Assembly (NCBI GenBank): GCA_017616165.1
Contig: JAFZYR010000027.1
Location: 11,520 to 75,519 of the forward strand
Length of the DNA: 64,000 bases
Reading direction: 5' to 3'
Origin: Treponema sp.
GTDB taxonomy: Bacteria > Spirochaetota > Spirochaetia > Treponematales > Treponemataceae
Shown one piece after another: positions 39,198 through 48,071 of this stretch. Both the position numbers and the translations under genes were made by a program. Every line of letters starts with the position of its first letter. The first letter of the stretch is position 1. The notes under the pieces were generated by a model, which was not told the DNA's origin, searched no databases, and worked only from the letters and a program-made list of their open reading frames with translations.

Positions 39198-39770
39198 TTA
39201 CACATCCTTAGCACGTTCCAAGAAAGAACCGTCGCGTGTATCGATAACGATTTTGTCATCTGTGTTGATGAACAATGGAACGCGAACTTCGATTCCTGTA
39301 TCAAGTGTAGCAGGCTTCATTGACTTACCAGATGTATCACCCTTAACACCTGGTTCGCAGTAGGTTACCTGACGTGTAACGCGAACTGGAAGATCAATAC
39401 CTACAGGAGTTCCTTCGTAGAAGGTAAGGTTGATTTCAAGATCATCATCCGGAGTAATGTAACCGGCGTAGTCACCAAGGTCATCCTTTGCAAGTTCAAA
39501 CTGTTCATAAGTATCCTGATCCATGAATACAAAGGTATCGCCGTCGATGTAAGAAAGCTTTGTGATATGTGAATCAAGGTCTACTTCATCAAACTTTTCT
39601 CCAGCATCAATACCAAGATCCATTGTTGAGTTTGTAACAAGGTTCTTTACGCGGAAGCTTGTTACCATACCGGCACGTCCTGAACGCTGTCCAAGCATTT
39701 TCTGAACGATAAGTGGAGCTCCTTCATACATGAAAGCTGTTCCAACTTTTAACTGTGATGTCATTAACAT
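39198..39770 (-). CDS. efp: Elongation factor P (Arg32 type)
   Basis: SGR32AG loop, FMDQDTYEQ, PGVKGDT, KPATLDTG, VPLFI, IDTRDG. Confidence 0.97.
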   Translation of the reverse strand: MLMTSQLKVGTAFMYEGAPLIVQKMLGQRSGRAGMVTSFRVKNLVTNSTMDLGIDAGEKFDEVDLDSHITKLSYIDGDTFVFMDQDTYEQFELAKDDLGDYAGYITPDDDLEINLTFYEGTPVGIDLPVRVTRQVTYCEPGVKGDTSGKSMKPATLDTGIEVRVPLFINTDDKIVIDTRDGSFLERAKDV

Positions 39771-39808
39771 AATATAAAACCTCTAATTATAGATTTGCAA
39801 AATGATTG

Positions 39809-40924
39809 TTATATTATAGCGAGTTTTTGAATGAATGTCATTAAGTTAGTGCAAAGGTCGCCATTTTTTTGAAGGGATTTGGCAAAGTCCTGGAAGTATG
39901 GAACTAGAGTGGAACGGGCATTTAAAAAGTCGTAGATTGCCACGTCGCTCACTTCGTTCGCTCCTCGCAATGACATAGAATTGGTTGTATTTATTGCCAT
40001 CCAGGCCTTCTCTACAATTGCAAAGGCTTCCTCACTAAAATGCGGGCGCATGCGTTCGAGCAGGGCCTTAACCTTTACCAGCTGATATTCCTCGCTTTGC
40101 GGATATGCCTGCCATATAAAAGGAATACCGCTAAGACAGGCACGGCTCATGCTTTCTTCTCCCCTTACAATGAGGGCGGAACAGGTTCGCATCATTTGGT
40201 CCCAATCGGTTTGGGGCATAAATGAGAGTTTGATTTTTGAAGGGTCCTTTGAGCCCTTCGAGTGCCTCAGGGACTCCGCAGAATGTAGATAGGCACATTT
40301 TGTTTTATAGGTAAACTCAAGGACGGGGCCGTCTTTATTCCACTGCGGCATTTGTTCCCAGGCCTCATCAATAATCAGGCCGCCGGTTTTGTCCGTAAAG
40401 CCGGGCATAAAGTTTACCTTCTTTACCTTTGCACTTCTTGTCAAAGACTGCAAGCAATGAAAATCCTCTGCATATTTTTCTGCGGTAAGATAATCGATCA
40501 TTATAATCTGGACTGTATGTTCCAGTTTTTCTTCAAATAAAATCTGTTCCATCCAGTCAGGACGTCCGCATTGAAAAAGCTCAAGGATTATACCAAGGCG
40601 TTCTCCGTCATTTTCCTTAAATACCTTATGACAAAGTTCATCATCCTGCCATTTGAAAATCTCTATTCCTTTTATTACTGTGGATTGCTTCGCTTCGCTC
40701 GCAATGACGGAAGGGTTGCTCGCAAGGACGGAAGGGTTGCTCACACTGACAGAAGGGTTGCTCGCAATGACAGAGGGTTCAATTTTGGCAAATGAATCAA
40801 AATCATCAACTACGAGACAAATCTTATACTGCTTCTGGATTTTTGCAAGGCGGCGGCAAAGTCTCCAGGCAACACCAATGTCACCAAAATTGTCTACCAC
40901 TTTGCAAAGAACGGTAATATACAT
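39809..40924 (-). CDS. earP: EF-P arginine rhamnosyltransferase EarP, carrying three repeat-derived inserts
   Basis: CKVVDNFGDIGVAWRL, DYLTAE, PGFTDKTGGL, VRGEES, PFIWQAYPQ; directly upstream of Arg32 efp. Confidence 0.93.
   Translation of the reverse strand: MYITVLCKVVDNFGDIGVAWRLCRRLAKIQKQYKICLVVDDFDSFAKIEPSVIASNPSVSVSNPSVLASNPSVIASEAKQSTVIKGIEIFKWQDDELCHKVFKENDGERLGIILELFQCGRPDWMEQILFEEKLEHTVQIIMIDYLTAEKYAEDFHCLQSLTRSAKVKKVNFMPGFTDKTGGLIIDEAWEQMPQWNKDGPVLEFTYKTKCAYLHSAESLRHSKGSKDPSKIKLSFMPQTDWDQMMRTCSALIVRGEESMSRACLSGIPFIWQAYPQSEEYQLVKVKALLERMRPHFSEEAFAIVEKAWMAINTTNSMSLRGANEVSDVAIYDFLNARSTLVPYFQDFAKSLQKNGDLCTNLMTFIQKLAII
39932..39976. repeat. REP-like family A copy, in frame in earP
   Basis: GTAGATTGCCACGTCGCTCACTTCGTTCGCTCCTCGCAATGACAT encodes MSLRGANEVSDVAIY. 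Confidence 0.92.
40253..40274. repeat. REP-like family B copy, in frame in earP
   Basis: GCCCTTCGAGTGCCTCAGGGAC encodes SLRHSKG. Confidence 0.88.
40680..40779. repeat. REP-like family A copy plus a 4x ~21-bp tandem array, in frame in earP
   Basis: GTGGATTGCTTCGCTTCGCTCGCAATGAC followed by GCTCGCAATGACGGAAGGGTT-type units. Confidence 0.92.
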
Positions 40925-40939
40925 TTTTATAAATGCTGC

Positions 40940-41446
40940 TTAGTCTATTTTACTGTAAAGCCCGCTTAACTCTTCGCGCCATTCGCTTTTTTTATCGCGG
41001 TCTTCCCATTCAATAACCTTTTTGATTGTAAACTTTCTCTGGTCGCGCGGGTTTTCAAAATAAAGAACGCCAAAACGTCCCTGACCTATGTAAACAACCT
41101 TTTCCTTTTCACCCGGCTTTTCGGCCTGTTCAATTTCGTGGAGTGCACATTCAAAATGAACCGGAGCTCCGGTTGCACGGTCCGAAAGAGCACTTGAGAT
41201 TTCTGTTATAGGCTCATTGCATTTAGGACAGATAACCTCGCGGGCTTTAATTTCTTCTATAGCCTTTTGTTTTTCGCGTCTAAGGTCTTCGTTCTGGTAC
41301 AGAGTATGATTAAACTGAAATGATTTTTTTCTTGAATCCTGATTCTCTCTCTGATTCTGATTCTGGTTTTGATTTTGATTTCTATTCTGCTGATTATTCT
41401 TCTGATTATTCCAATTCGAATGCTTTTTATTGCGACGTCTATCCAT
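40940..41446 (-). CDS. Hypothetical protein with an N/Q-rich N-terminus and a putative zinc site
   Basis: CPKC...HFEC, YIGQGRFG. Confidence 0.75.
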   Translation of the reverse strand: MDRRRNKKHSNWNNQKNNQQNRNQNQNQNQNQRENQDSRKKSFQFNHTLYQNEDLRREKQKAIEEIKAREVICPKCNEPITEISSALSDRATGAPVHFECALHEIEQAEKPGEKEKVVYIGQGRFGVLYFENPRDQRKFTIKKVIEWEDRDKKSEWREELSGLYSKID

Positions 41447-41447
41447 A

Positions 41448-41648
41448 TTATTCCTGCAATCTTAATTCTTCAGGATTTTCTACCAGCTTTCGGCTTATTA
41501 CCATAGCAATCCGCTGAATAGCATTATCCAGATACTCCTGAGTATAAATCTTTTTCCTTAATTCTAGAAGACGTGGTGACAATCTGCTTTCATCCGTTTT
41601 TTCTAGAACCATTGTAGTTGTCGCCGTTGAAATTCCACCCGAGATCAT
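41448..41648 (-). CDS. Small hypothetical protein
   Basis: ATGA overlap with the yraN stop; ends 1 bp before the next gene. Confidence 0.6.
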   Translation of the reverse strand: MISGGISTATTTMVLEKTDESRLSPRLLELRKKIYTQEYLDNAIQRIAMVISRKLVENPEELRLQE

Positions 41649-42007
41649 AAAAGCTCCGTAAAAGCATTTTCAATATGATATACACCAGGAAACCCCGGCA
41701 TATCAATAACAATTACATCATATCTGACATAGCTGTTACTATATTGTCGATGTTTTAACAGAAAACATTTAGAAGTTTTTACAATTCTTTGCAATTTTCT
41801 ACGGTTTAACTCATTTTGTAAAAGCTCCGGCGTGCCATTTGGCAGCGATTTTACCTCTACAAATACAATTTTACCCTCTTTTAAGGCTATTATATCAATT
41901 TCTCCGCCTTTTGTCCGCCAGTTTCGCTCTAAAATTGAATATCCGTTTTCAATAAGAAAATCTGCAGCCTTTTGTTCGCCTGCATTTCCGGTTATTTTTG
42001 TATTCAC
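41645..42007 (-). CDS. YraN family (UPF0102) putative endonuclease
   Basis: GNAGE, ILERNWR, GEIDIIA, FVEVK, RYDVI. Confidence 0.92.
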   Translation of the reverse strand: MNTKITGNAGEQKAADFLIENGYSILERNWRTKGGEIDIIALKEGKIVFVEVKSLPNGTPELLQNELNRRKLQRIVKTSKCFLLKHRQYSNSYVRYDVIVIDMPGFPGVYHIENAFTELL

Positions 42008-42279
42008 TGGGCGTCCCCCTCTTCTTCCTGCAAAATTACGCTGAAGATTTGTGCAAGGATTTCCCAGGCCTGTGGAGGAACAAGGCTTCCAACCTGAATT
42101 TCGGATAAAAACTCTACAAGCGGTGTGTTTTCTTCTATTTTAATATCATTCTGTCTGGCTTCTTCAAGGATTCGTTTTGCAAGCACGCCTTTTCCGTTAG
42201 CAACTACAAACGGGGCCTGTGCACCCTTGGGATACTTTAAGGCTACTGCTTTCTGGCTTGCAAGAGGCTTTTCTTTCAT
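42004..42279 (-). CDS. FlhB C-terminal-like small protein (EscU/YscU/FlhX family)
   Basis: AVALKY, APFVVANGKG, LAKRILEEA, IKIEEN. Confidence 0.85.
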   Translation of the reverse strand: MKEKPLASQKAVALKYPKGAQAPFVVANGKGVLAKRILEEARQNDIKIEENTPLVEFLSEIQVGSLVPPQAWEILAQIFSVILQEEEGDAQ

Positions 42280-43244
42280 ACCTCACCTCCCAGAGCATAA
42301 AACTCTTCCTGTCCACAGGCAGTTCCTTCTATGAGCTCGCAGTCTACAATTTCTATTGTAATTTCTTTACCACTGCCGGAAAGCTTTTTATCAAGCAGCA
42401 AGGCAAGGCGTTCTGTATCAATTCCCTCCCCGCTCATTTTTATATTATTACAAAGTCCTTTTTCGTATTCCAGACTGAACAAATATCTGTGATTATTAGA
42501 AAGCCAATTACATTCAAGATTCAATAGCTTAAGCTGGGCAGTCTCGTCTACAAAAAATCCAAGGCTTCCCTTTGCAAGCACACCCCCTGCAGAAACAATT
42601 TCGTAAGGCAGCAGCTGCCAGGTGTTTTTTATGCTGTTTATTTGATTTAATAATTTATATTCTTGATTTTGATTTGATTTATCTTCCTGGGAATCCCTCT
42701 GTCCGTCAAGCTCATTCAAAAGAGCAAGCAGGTCGTCCTCCGAAAAATCAATTCCTTTTTTTAAAAGAATTGCAAGAAGCTCTGCGGCCTTTTTTTCTTT
42801 TCCCTTAAATTTTACCGAAAGATTATAGATTTTAGAAAGCAGAGTGGAATCCATTTTCATTCCAAGCTGCTTAAACTGCTGCATAAGATGATAAGAAAGA
42901 TCGTCTGCGTTAAGACCAAGACTTTGCAGCAAGGAAGAAAGCTGTTCGTTTTGAACTGCCTCCATTGTAAACACTGCATTTTGTGCAAGCTCGCCATTTT
43001 CGTTTACCGGAAAAAGCAGAACCTGTCCGTTTTGTGTAGAAATTGTTGCCTTAAAGGTAGCTCCGGCTGTGAGCGGAGTTTTTGAATTGATGGTAATTCT
43101 GGCTCCGGCAACTGAGCCTTCGTATTTTCCGCCACCCCTGTCGGAAATAATACGGACGAGTACCTGACTTCCATCTTTTAAAGGATGGCGCGAAATACTC
43201 GTCCGTGAAAGTTGACTTGTATGTACTACAAATCCTGTATTCAT
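42276..43244 (-). CDS. Hypothetical protein (YlqG/FliK-like position)
   Basis: 322-aa ORF coupled to rplS (TAATG) and to the FlhB-like gene. Confidence 0.65.
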   Translation of the reverse strand: MNTGFVVHTSQLSRTSISRHPLKDGSQVLVRIISDRGGGKYEGSVAGARITINSKTPLTAGATFKATISTQNGQVLLFPVNENGELAQNAVFTMEAVQNEQLSSLLQSLGLNADDLSYHLMQQFKQLGMKMDSTLLSKIYNLSVKFKGKEKKAAELLAILLKKGIDFSEDDLLALLNELDGQRDSQEDKSNQNQEYKLLNQINSIKNTWQLLPYEIVSAGGVLAKGSLGFFVDETAQLKLLNLECNWLSNNHRYLFSLEYEKGLCNNIKMSGEGIDTERLALLLDKKLSGSGKEITIEIVDCELIEGTACGQEEFYALGGEV

Positions 43245-43711
43245 TAAGCTTCTGCTGGTGTTTCCTCTGTAGGTGCAGCATTTTCGGCAGCGTTTGCAGC
43301 AGCTTCCTTAGCCTTAGCAGCTTCGGCAGCACGTGCGTTACGTTCCTGCATAGCAGCAGTAACCTTAGCACCAACCAAAGTCTTAACCTTAGCATCCTTA
43401 CCGATCTTGTCGCGCAGGTAGTAAAGCTTAGAGCGGCGTACCTTACCAGGGCGTACAACTTCTACCTTCTGAATACGAGGGCTGTTATACGGGAATACGC
43501 GTTCTACACCAACACCGTAAGAAATCTTGCGTACAGTAAAGGTCTTGCGTGCACCTTCGTTCTTCTTGCAAAGAACAATTCCTTCATAAACCTGTACACG
43601 TTCTGTTTTACCTTCAATAATCTTGAAGTAAACCTTTACAGTATCACCAACATTGAAGTCCTGTGCACCAGGACGCTTCTGTGATTCTTCGATAGTTTTA
43701 ATAAGATCCAT
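43244..43711 (-). CDS. rplS: 50S ribosomal protein L19
   Basis: [35 protein letters not shown]. Confidence 0.99.
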   Translation of the reverse strand: MDLIKTIEESQKRPGAQDFNVGDTVKVYFKIIEGKTERVQVYEGIVLCKKNEGARKTFTVRKISYGVGVERVFPYNSPRIQKVEVVRPGKVRRSKLYYLRDKIGKDAKVKTLVGAKVTAAMQERNARAAEAAKAKEAAANAAENAAPTEETPAEA

Positions 43712-43720
43712 TTTAATCTC

Positions 43721-44479
43721 CTACCGCTTTTTCTTTTTTTTAAGAAATACGGTCTCTGTAATTTCCTCAATCATCTTTTCGGCTTCGTCTGTAAGCTGAC
43801 CCTTTGCTCTGGCAGTCGCAATCATATCGGGGCGATTTGCCATAGTTTTCATCAGCCGCTTTTTAAGCCGCCACTTTCGGATTTCCTCGTGATTACCGCT
43901 AAGCAAAACCGGCGGAACCTTCATACCCTTCCAGGTTTCCGGATGAGTATACTGCGGGTACTCCAAAAGCCCGTCACAATAACTTTCTTCTTCGAGCGAT
44001 TCGTGATTAATAACTCCGTCTACAAGTCTGTAAACAGTATCAATCACAACTGTTGCCGCAACCTCACCGGAAGACATTACATAGTCTCCTATAGAAAGCT
44101 CAAGGTCAACATACGAATCGATTATCCTCTGGTCTATACCTTCGTAACGACCACAGATAAAAACAAGCTCGTCCTTGTGACTTAAAGTTTCTGCAACCTG
44201 CTGTGTAAGCTGCTTTCCGCTTGGAGTAACGTAAATAACATACTTCCTGCGGGCATTAACACTATCAAGTGCCTTTGAAAGCGGTTCTGGCATCATAAGC
44301 TGGCCAGCGCCACCTCCGTACGTTCCATCATCACAGGTATGGTGTTTATCAGTTGCATAATCCCTGATGTTCACCAGATCGTAAGCAATAATTTCCTTTT
44401 CTACTGCCTTGGCCATGATTGAGTTTTCAAAAAAAGCCTTAACAATATCTGGAAATAAGGTCAGCACAGTAAATTTCAT
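43721..44479 (-). CDS. trmD: tRNA (guanine-N1)-methyltransferase
   Basis: LTLFP, YGGGAG, CGRYEGIDQR, SIGDYVMSSGE, LEYPQYT, LLSGNH. Confidence 0.98.
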   Translation of the reverse strand: MKFTVLTLFPDIVKAFFENSIMAKAVEKEIIAYDLVNIRDYATDKHHTCDDGTYGGGAGQLMMPEPLSKALDSVNARRKYVIYVTPSGKQLTQQVAETLSHKDELVFICGRYEGIDQRIIDSYVDLELSIGDYVMSSGEVAATVVIDTVYRLVDGVINHESLEEESYCDGLLEYPQYTHPETWKGMKVPPVLLSGNHEEIRKWRLKKRLMKTMANRPDMIATARAKGQLTDEAEKMIEEITETVFLKKKKKR

Positions 44480-44483
44480 GGAA

Positions 44484-45035
44484 TTACTCCAGAATCCAGA
44501 GGTGCATCAATTGCACCGTTTTGTTCTTAACATCTACCTTTCCAATAAATTCTTTATTGAACGGCACAAGAACCTTTCGGTCACAACTCTCGGCGAGTGA
44601 CACTTCTAACAAGTTACCCCCGCCGCCTTCCAAAACGTCTGTGATTGTTCCTACGACAGCCTTTCCGTCGGGTGCAATCAACGTTGCCGGAGCGTCTTTC
44701 CCTTCATAAACAAGGGAACAATTTCGTAAATCCTCTATATACCACTCGTCTTTTTTCAAAGGCTTGCAGTATTTTCTGTCTGCCAGAATCTCCCAACCGG
44801 TAAACTTGCGTAAATCGGTATCGGAATCTATTCCTGCAAATTTAACATAAGCAACAGCGTGTCCCAAAGAAACCGATTCAACCTTTGTTTCCTTAGTCTG
44901 TTCGCCATGTCGTAAAGTAACCTCCTGCAGCTTGAGCAGATGCTCATATTCTCCAGAGCTACTCTCTACCTTACTTTCACCCGAGTATCCATGTGAACCA
45001 CGGATGAACCCAACAATTAATTGTGCTTTTTCCAT
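44484..45035 (-). CDS. rimM: 16S rRNA processing protein RimM
   Basis: VG.I...HG..GE, EWYIEDL, VLVPF; operon position. Confidence 0.93.
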   Translation of the reverse strand: MEKAQLIVGFIRGSHGYSGESKVESSSGEYEHLLKLQEVTLRHGEQTKETKVESVSLGHAVAYVKFAGIDSDTDLRKFTGWEILADRKYCKPLKKDEWYIEDLRNCSLVYEGKDAPATLIAPDGKAVVGTITDVLEGGGGNLLEVSLAESCDRKVLVPFNKEFIGKVDVKNKTVQLMHLWILE

Positions 45036-45053
45036 CAGCAATATTCCTGTAAG

Positions 45054-45290
45054 CTAGTTATCAAGAATATCAAGACTGTAACGCTTACCGTCTTTTACTG
45101 CCGAAGCGCTCAGAACAGTTCTCATTGCCTTGGCGATGCGGCCGTATTTGCCGATTACCTTACCAATGTCACCGTCTGCAACCTTAAGCTGGAGCACCAT
45201 GCCCTTTTCGCCTTCAGTTTCATTTACAGATACAGCTGACGGATCATCGACCAGTGATTTTGCGATGAATTCGATCAGGTCTTTTTCCAT
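45054..45290 (-). CDS. khpA: KH-domain RNA-binding protein KhpA
   Basis: DIGKVIGKYGRIAKAMR. Confidence 0.93.
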   Translation of the reverse strand: MEKDLIEFIAKSLVDDPSAVSVNETEGEKGMVLQLKVADGDIGKVIGKYGRIAKAMRTVLSASAVKDGKRYSLDILDN

Positions 45291-45309
45291 TTTTTAGCCT
45301 CTCTGTAAA

Positions 45310-45561
45310 TTACTTTGCCTGTTTTGCAGTCTGAACATTCATTAATTTCTTAACGATGTCAGTTGGCTGGGCACCAACGCTGATCCAGTACTTAGCGCGA
45401 TCCAAATCGATTGAAACCTGGTCAGCTTCCTTTGCGATTGGCTGATAAGTTCCAATTTCTTCGATACAAACGCCGTCGCGTGGCTTGCGTGAGTCCTGAA
45501 CAACTACACGGTAGCATGGACGTTTCTGTGTACCAAATCTCTTAAGTCTGATTTTGACCAT
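45310..45561 (-). CDS. rpsP: 30S ribosomal protein S16
   Basis: [20 protein letters not shown]. Confidence 0.99.
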   Translation of the reverse strand: MVKIRLKRFGTQKRPCYRVVVQDSRKPRDGVCIEEIGTYQPIAKEADQVSIDLDRAKYWISVGAQPTDIVKKLMNVQTAKQAK

Positions 45562-45676
45562 TTATTCCTCCATGATGCCGTTTCCGGCACCAGATTTTGC
45601 TTATTAGGGCACAATAAGTGCAATTGTGCATATTGAGAGTATATAATATAAGAAAATGTGAATTTATTCAAGTATT

Positions 45677-45707
45677 GATTGCCACGTCACTACGCTCTTC
45701 GCAATGA
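45677..45707. repeat. Degenerate REP-like family A copy
   Basis: GATTGCCACGTCACTACGCTCTTCGCAATGA. Confidence 0.82.
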
Positions 45708-45755
45708 GTCGCACGCAAGCGTGCTTACCGAGTTTTGCATTGCAAAACTCGCAGA

Positions 45756-46580
45756 TTATTTACCTATTAAGGAAACGTCCTGACCAAACCATTTTGTAGA
45801 AATCTTTTCTACTGTGCCGTCGGCGGCCATTTGCATAAGGATTTCTTCTACATAATTGCGCAGATCCGGTTCATTTTTTCGGAAGCAGATGCAGTATTTT
45901 TCATTTGACAAAGGAGTTGGTATAACTGTAAATGGTTCATTTGTATGAGTTACATAATAATATGCAAAAATACCATCCATTACCATTGCATCAATAGCAC
46001 CAACCTTTAAATCTTCAAGGCAGCTTTTATTGTCTTTATAAGTAAGTATATCTCCAAGCTTATTCTTAAATGAAGGATTTTCATTTACAGCATCTTCTGA
46101 AGAGGAAGCCCCTCTATAGCCTATTACTCTTCCCTCCAGATCATCATATTTTTGTACGGAACCTGTTTTTCTTACAATAAGGACCTGTTCATTTGAAAGA
46201 TATGCAAAGGTTAAACAATGAGCCTTTCGTCTGGCATCGGTAATTGTATAACCACTCCAGATACAATCTATATCTCCGTTTTCAAGTTCATTATCCTTAT
46301 CTTCCCAGGCAATAGGAACTGCTTTGAATTCTACCCCCATTCTATTTGCAACTTCTTTTGCAAGCTCCACATCATAACCTACAAGTTCGCCGTTACCATC
46401 TTTAAATGCAAGCGGAGGAAAATCAATATCGTAGCCTATAATAAGTTCTCCACGAGCTTTTAAAGCTGCAACTGCATCCTTTGGAGCCTCAACGGCTGCC
46501 TGTTTATTCTTACTGCAGCCCATAATAAATATTGAACAGAAACACAAAGTAAGAAATAACGCGAATAAACTCTTTTTCAT
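45756..46580 (-). CDS. Polar amino acid ABC transporter substrate-binding lipoprotein
   Basis: Lipobox IMGC, FPPLAF, GYDVELA, IDCIWSG, ISTKWFG; downstream of argH. Confidence 0.9.
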   Translation of the reverse strand: MKKSLFALFLTLCFCSIFIMGCSKNKQAAVEAPKDAVAALKARGELIIGYDIDFPPLAFKDGNGELVGYDVELAKEVANRMGVEFKAVPIAWEDKDNELENGDIDCIWSGYTITDARRKAHCLTFAYLSNEQVLIVRKTGSVQKYDDLEGRVIGYRGASSSEDAVNENPSFKNKLGDILTYKDNKSCLEDLKVGAIDAMVMDGIFAYYYVTHTNEPFTVIPTPLSNEKYCICFRKNEPDLRNYVEEILMQMAADGTVEKISTKWFGQDVSLIGK

Positions 46581-46605
46581 TAACCAGTACCTCAAAGTTA
46601 ATTTT

Positions 46606-48033
46606 TTATTTTGATAAAAAAGCATTAAGCTGTTCTATCTGTTTTTCAACTGCCTGTGGTGCGGGACCACCGGTAGTTTTTCTTATTTCTACACACTTTT
46701 GTGGTGTAATCAAATCATAAATGTCCTTCTGGAAAAGCGGAGAAGCCTTTTTATATTCTTCAAAATCAAGCTCTTCAAGCCGGCAGTTTTTTTCAATTGC
46801 AAGACGTACAAGTCCTGCAGAAACTCCGTGAGCTGTACGGAACGGCAGGTTTTTGCGTACAAGATAATCTGCAACATCGGTTGCATTAAGATAACCACCG
46901 TCGCAGGCTGCAGCCATGGCCTTTTTATTCCAGCGTGCAGTCTTAACCATCTGGGTAAAAATACGTACTCCCGAAATTACAGTATCGTAGGCATCAAAGA
47001 AGCTTGATTTATCCTCCTGCATATCGCGGTCGTAAGAAAGCGGAAGCCCCTTCATCATTGTAAACAGGGCTACCATATCTCCGTAAACACGGCCTGTTTT
47101 TCCACGGATAAGCTCTGCAAAATCAGGATTTTTTTTCTGCGGCATGATGGAGCTTCCTGTACTCCATTTTTCGCTAAGATCTACAAAGCCAAATTCAACT
47201 GTTGACCAAAGTACAATTTCCTCACAGGCACGTGACAGGTGCATCTGTATAAGAGAAAGATCAGAAGCAGCCTCAAGGTAATAGTCGCGGTCGCTAACTG
47301 TATCGAGTGAGTTTGGAGTTACTCCTGCAAAACCAAGCAGCTTTGCTTCATATTCGCGGTCCAGAGGAAGTCCGCTTGTTGCAAGGGCACCGGAACCAAT
47401 AGGAGATAAATTGGCACGCTTAGTTGCATCGCTTAATCTGTCAATATCGCGGCAGAACATCCAGGCCCAGGCGCAAACGTGCTGTGCGAGTGTTACAGGC
47501 TGTGCATGCTGCATATGCGTAAAGCCCGGCATGATTGTTTCTTTATTCTTACTGGCAATAGAAACCAGCACCTTAATAAGTGCTTTGAGCTCTTTTATAA
47601 GCTGTGTTATCTGTTCTTTAAGATAAAGCCTTTCGTCCAGTGCAATCTGATCGTTGCGGCTGCGACCTGTATGAACCTTTTTACCGGCTTCTCCTATACG
47701 ATCAGTCAAGGTTGCTTCTATAAAGGAATGAATATCCTCGGCACTAAGGTCTACCGTAAAAGGCTTACCCTTACTGTCTTTGCCGGCTTCCAGATCTTTT
47801 TTAATCGAATTAAGTCCGTCAATAATCTGTTTTTCTTCTGCTTTTGAAATGAGCTTTTGCTTTGAAAGCATTTTTGCATGCGCAATGCTTCCCTGTATGT
47901 CAACCATTGCCATGCGCATATCGTCATTAATAGATGTTTCAAATTCCACTGCAGCAGCGTCCGGTCCTTCCTTAAAGCGTCCATGCCAGAGTGCTGCATG
48001 ATTGTCCTGAGTTATTGTTCCATGTGTAGACAT
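46606..48033 (-). CDS. argH: Argininosuccinate lyase
   Basis: LWHGRF, HTGRSRNDQ, MPGFTHMQ, STGSSIMPQKKNPD, PFRTAH. Confidence 0.97.
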   Translation of the reverse strand: MSTHGTITQDNHAALWHGRFKEGPDAAAVEFETSINDDMRMAMVDIQGSIAHAKMLSKQKLISKAEEKQIIDGLNSIKKDLEAGKDSKGKPFTVDLSAEDIHSFIEATLTDRIGEAGKKVHTGRSRNDQIALDERLYLKEQITQLIKELKALIKVLVSIASKNKETIMPGFTHMQHAQPVTLAQHVCAWAWMFCRDIDRLSDATKRANLSPIGSGALATSGLPLDREYEAKLLGFAGVTPNSLDTVSDRDYYLEAASDLSLIQMHLSRACEEIVLWSTVEFGFVDLSEKWSTGSSIMPQKKNPDFAELIRGKTGRVYGDMVALFTMMKGLPLSYDRDMQEDKSSFFDAYDTVISGVRIFTQMVKTARWNKKAMAAACDGGYLNATDVADYLVRKNLPFRTAHGVSAGLVRLAIEKNCRLEELDFEEYKKASPLFQKDIYDLITPQKCVEIRKTTGGPAPQAVEKQIEQLNAFLSK

Positions 48034-48068
48034 ATGATTATTATAAATCAAAATATAGACTTTTTCAA
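48034..48068 (-). promoter_or_regulatory. Sigma70 promoter of argH, probably leaderless
   Basis: TTGAAA-17-TATAAT-6 nt-ATG. Confidence 0.75.
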
Positions 48069-48071
48069 TTG

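Noticed and set aside
40697-40779. Possible CRISPR or mini-array
   Set aside because: The units are contiguous with no unique spacers, there are no cas genes, and the array lies within the earP frame.
44650-44705. Extra loop in RimM (DAPATLIAPDGKA)
   Set aside because: It does not match repeat families A, B or C and has no clear palindrome.
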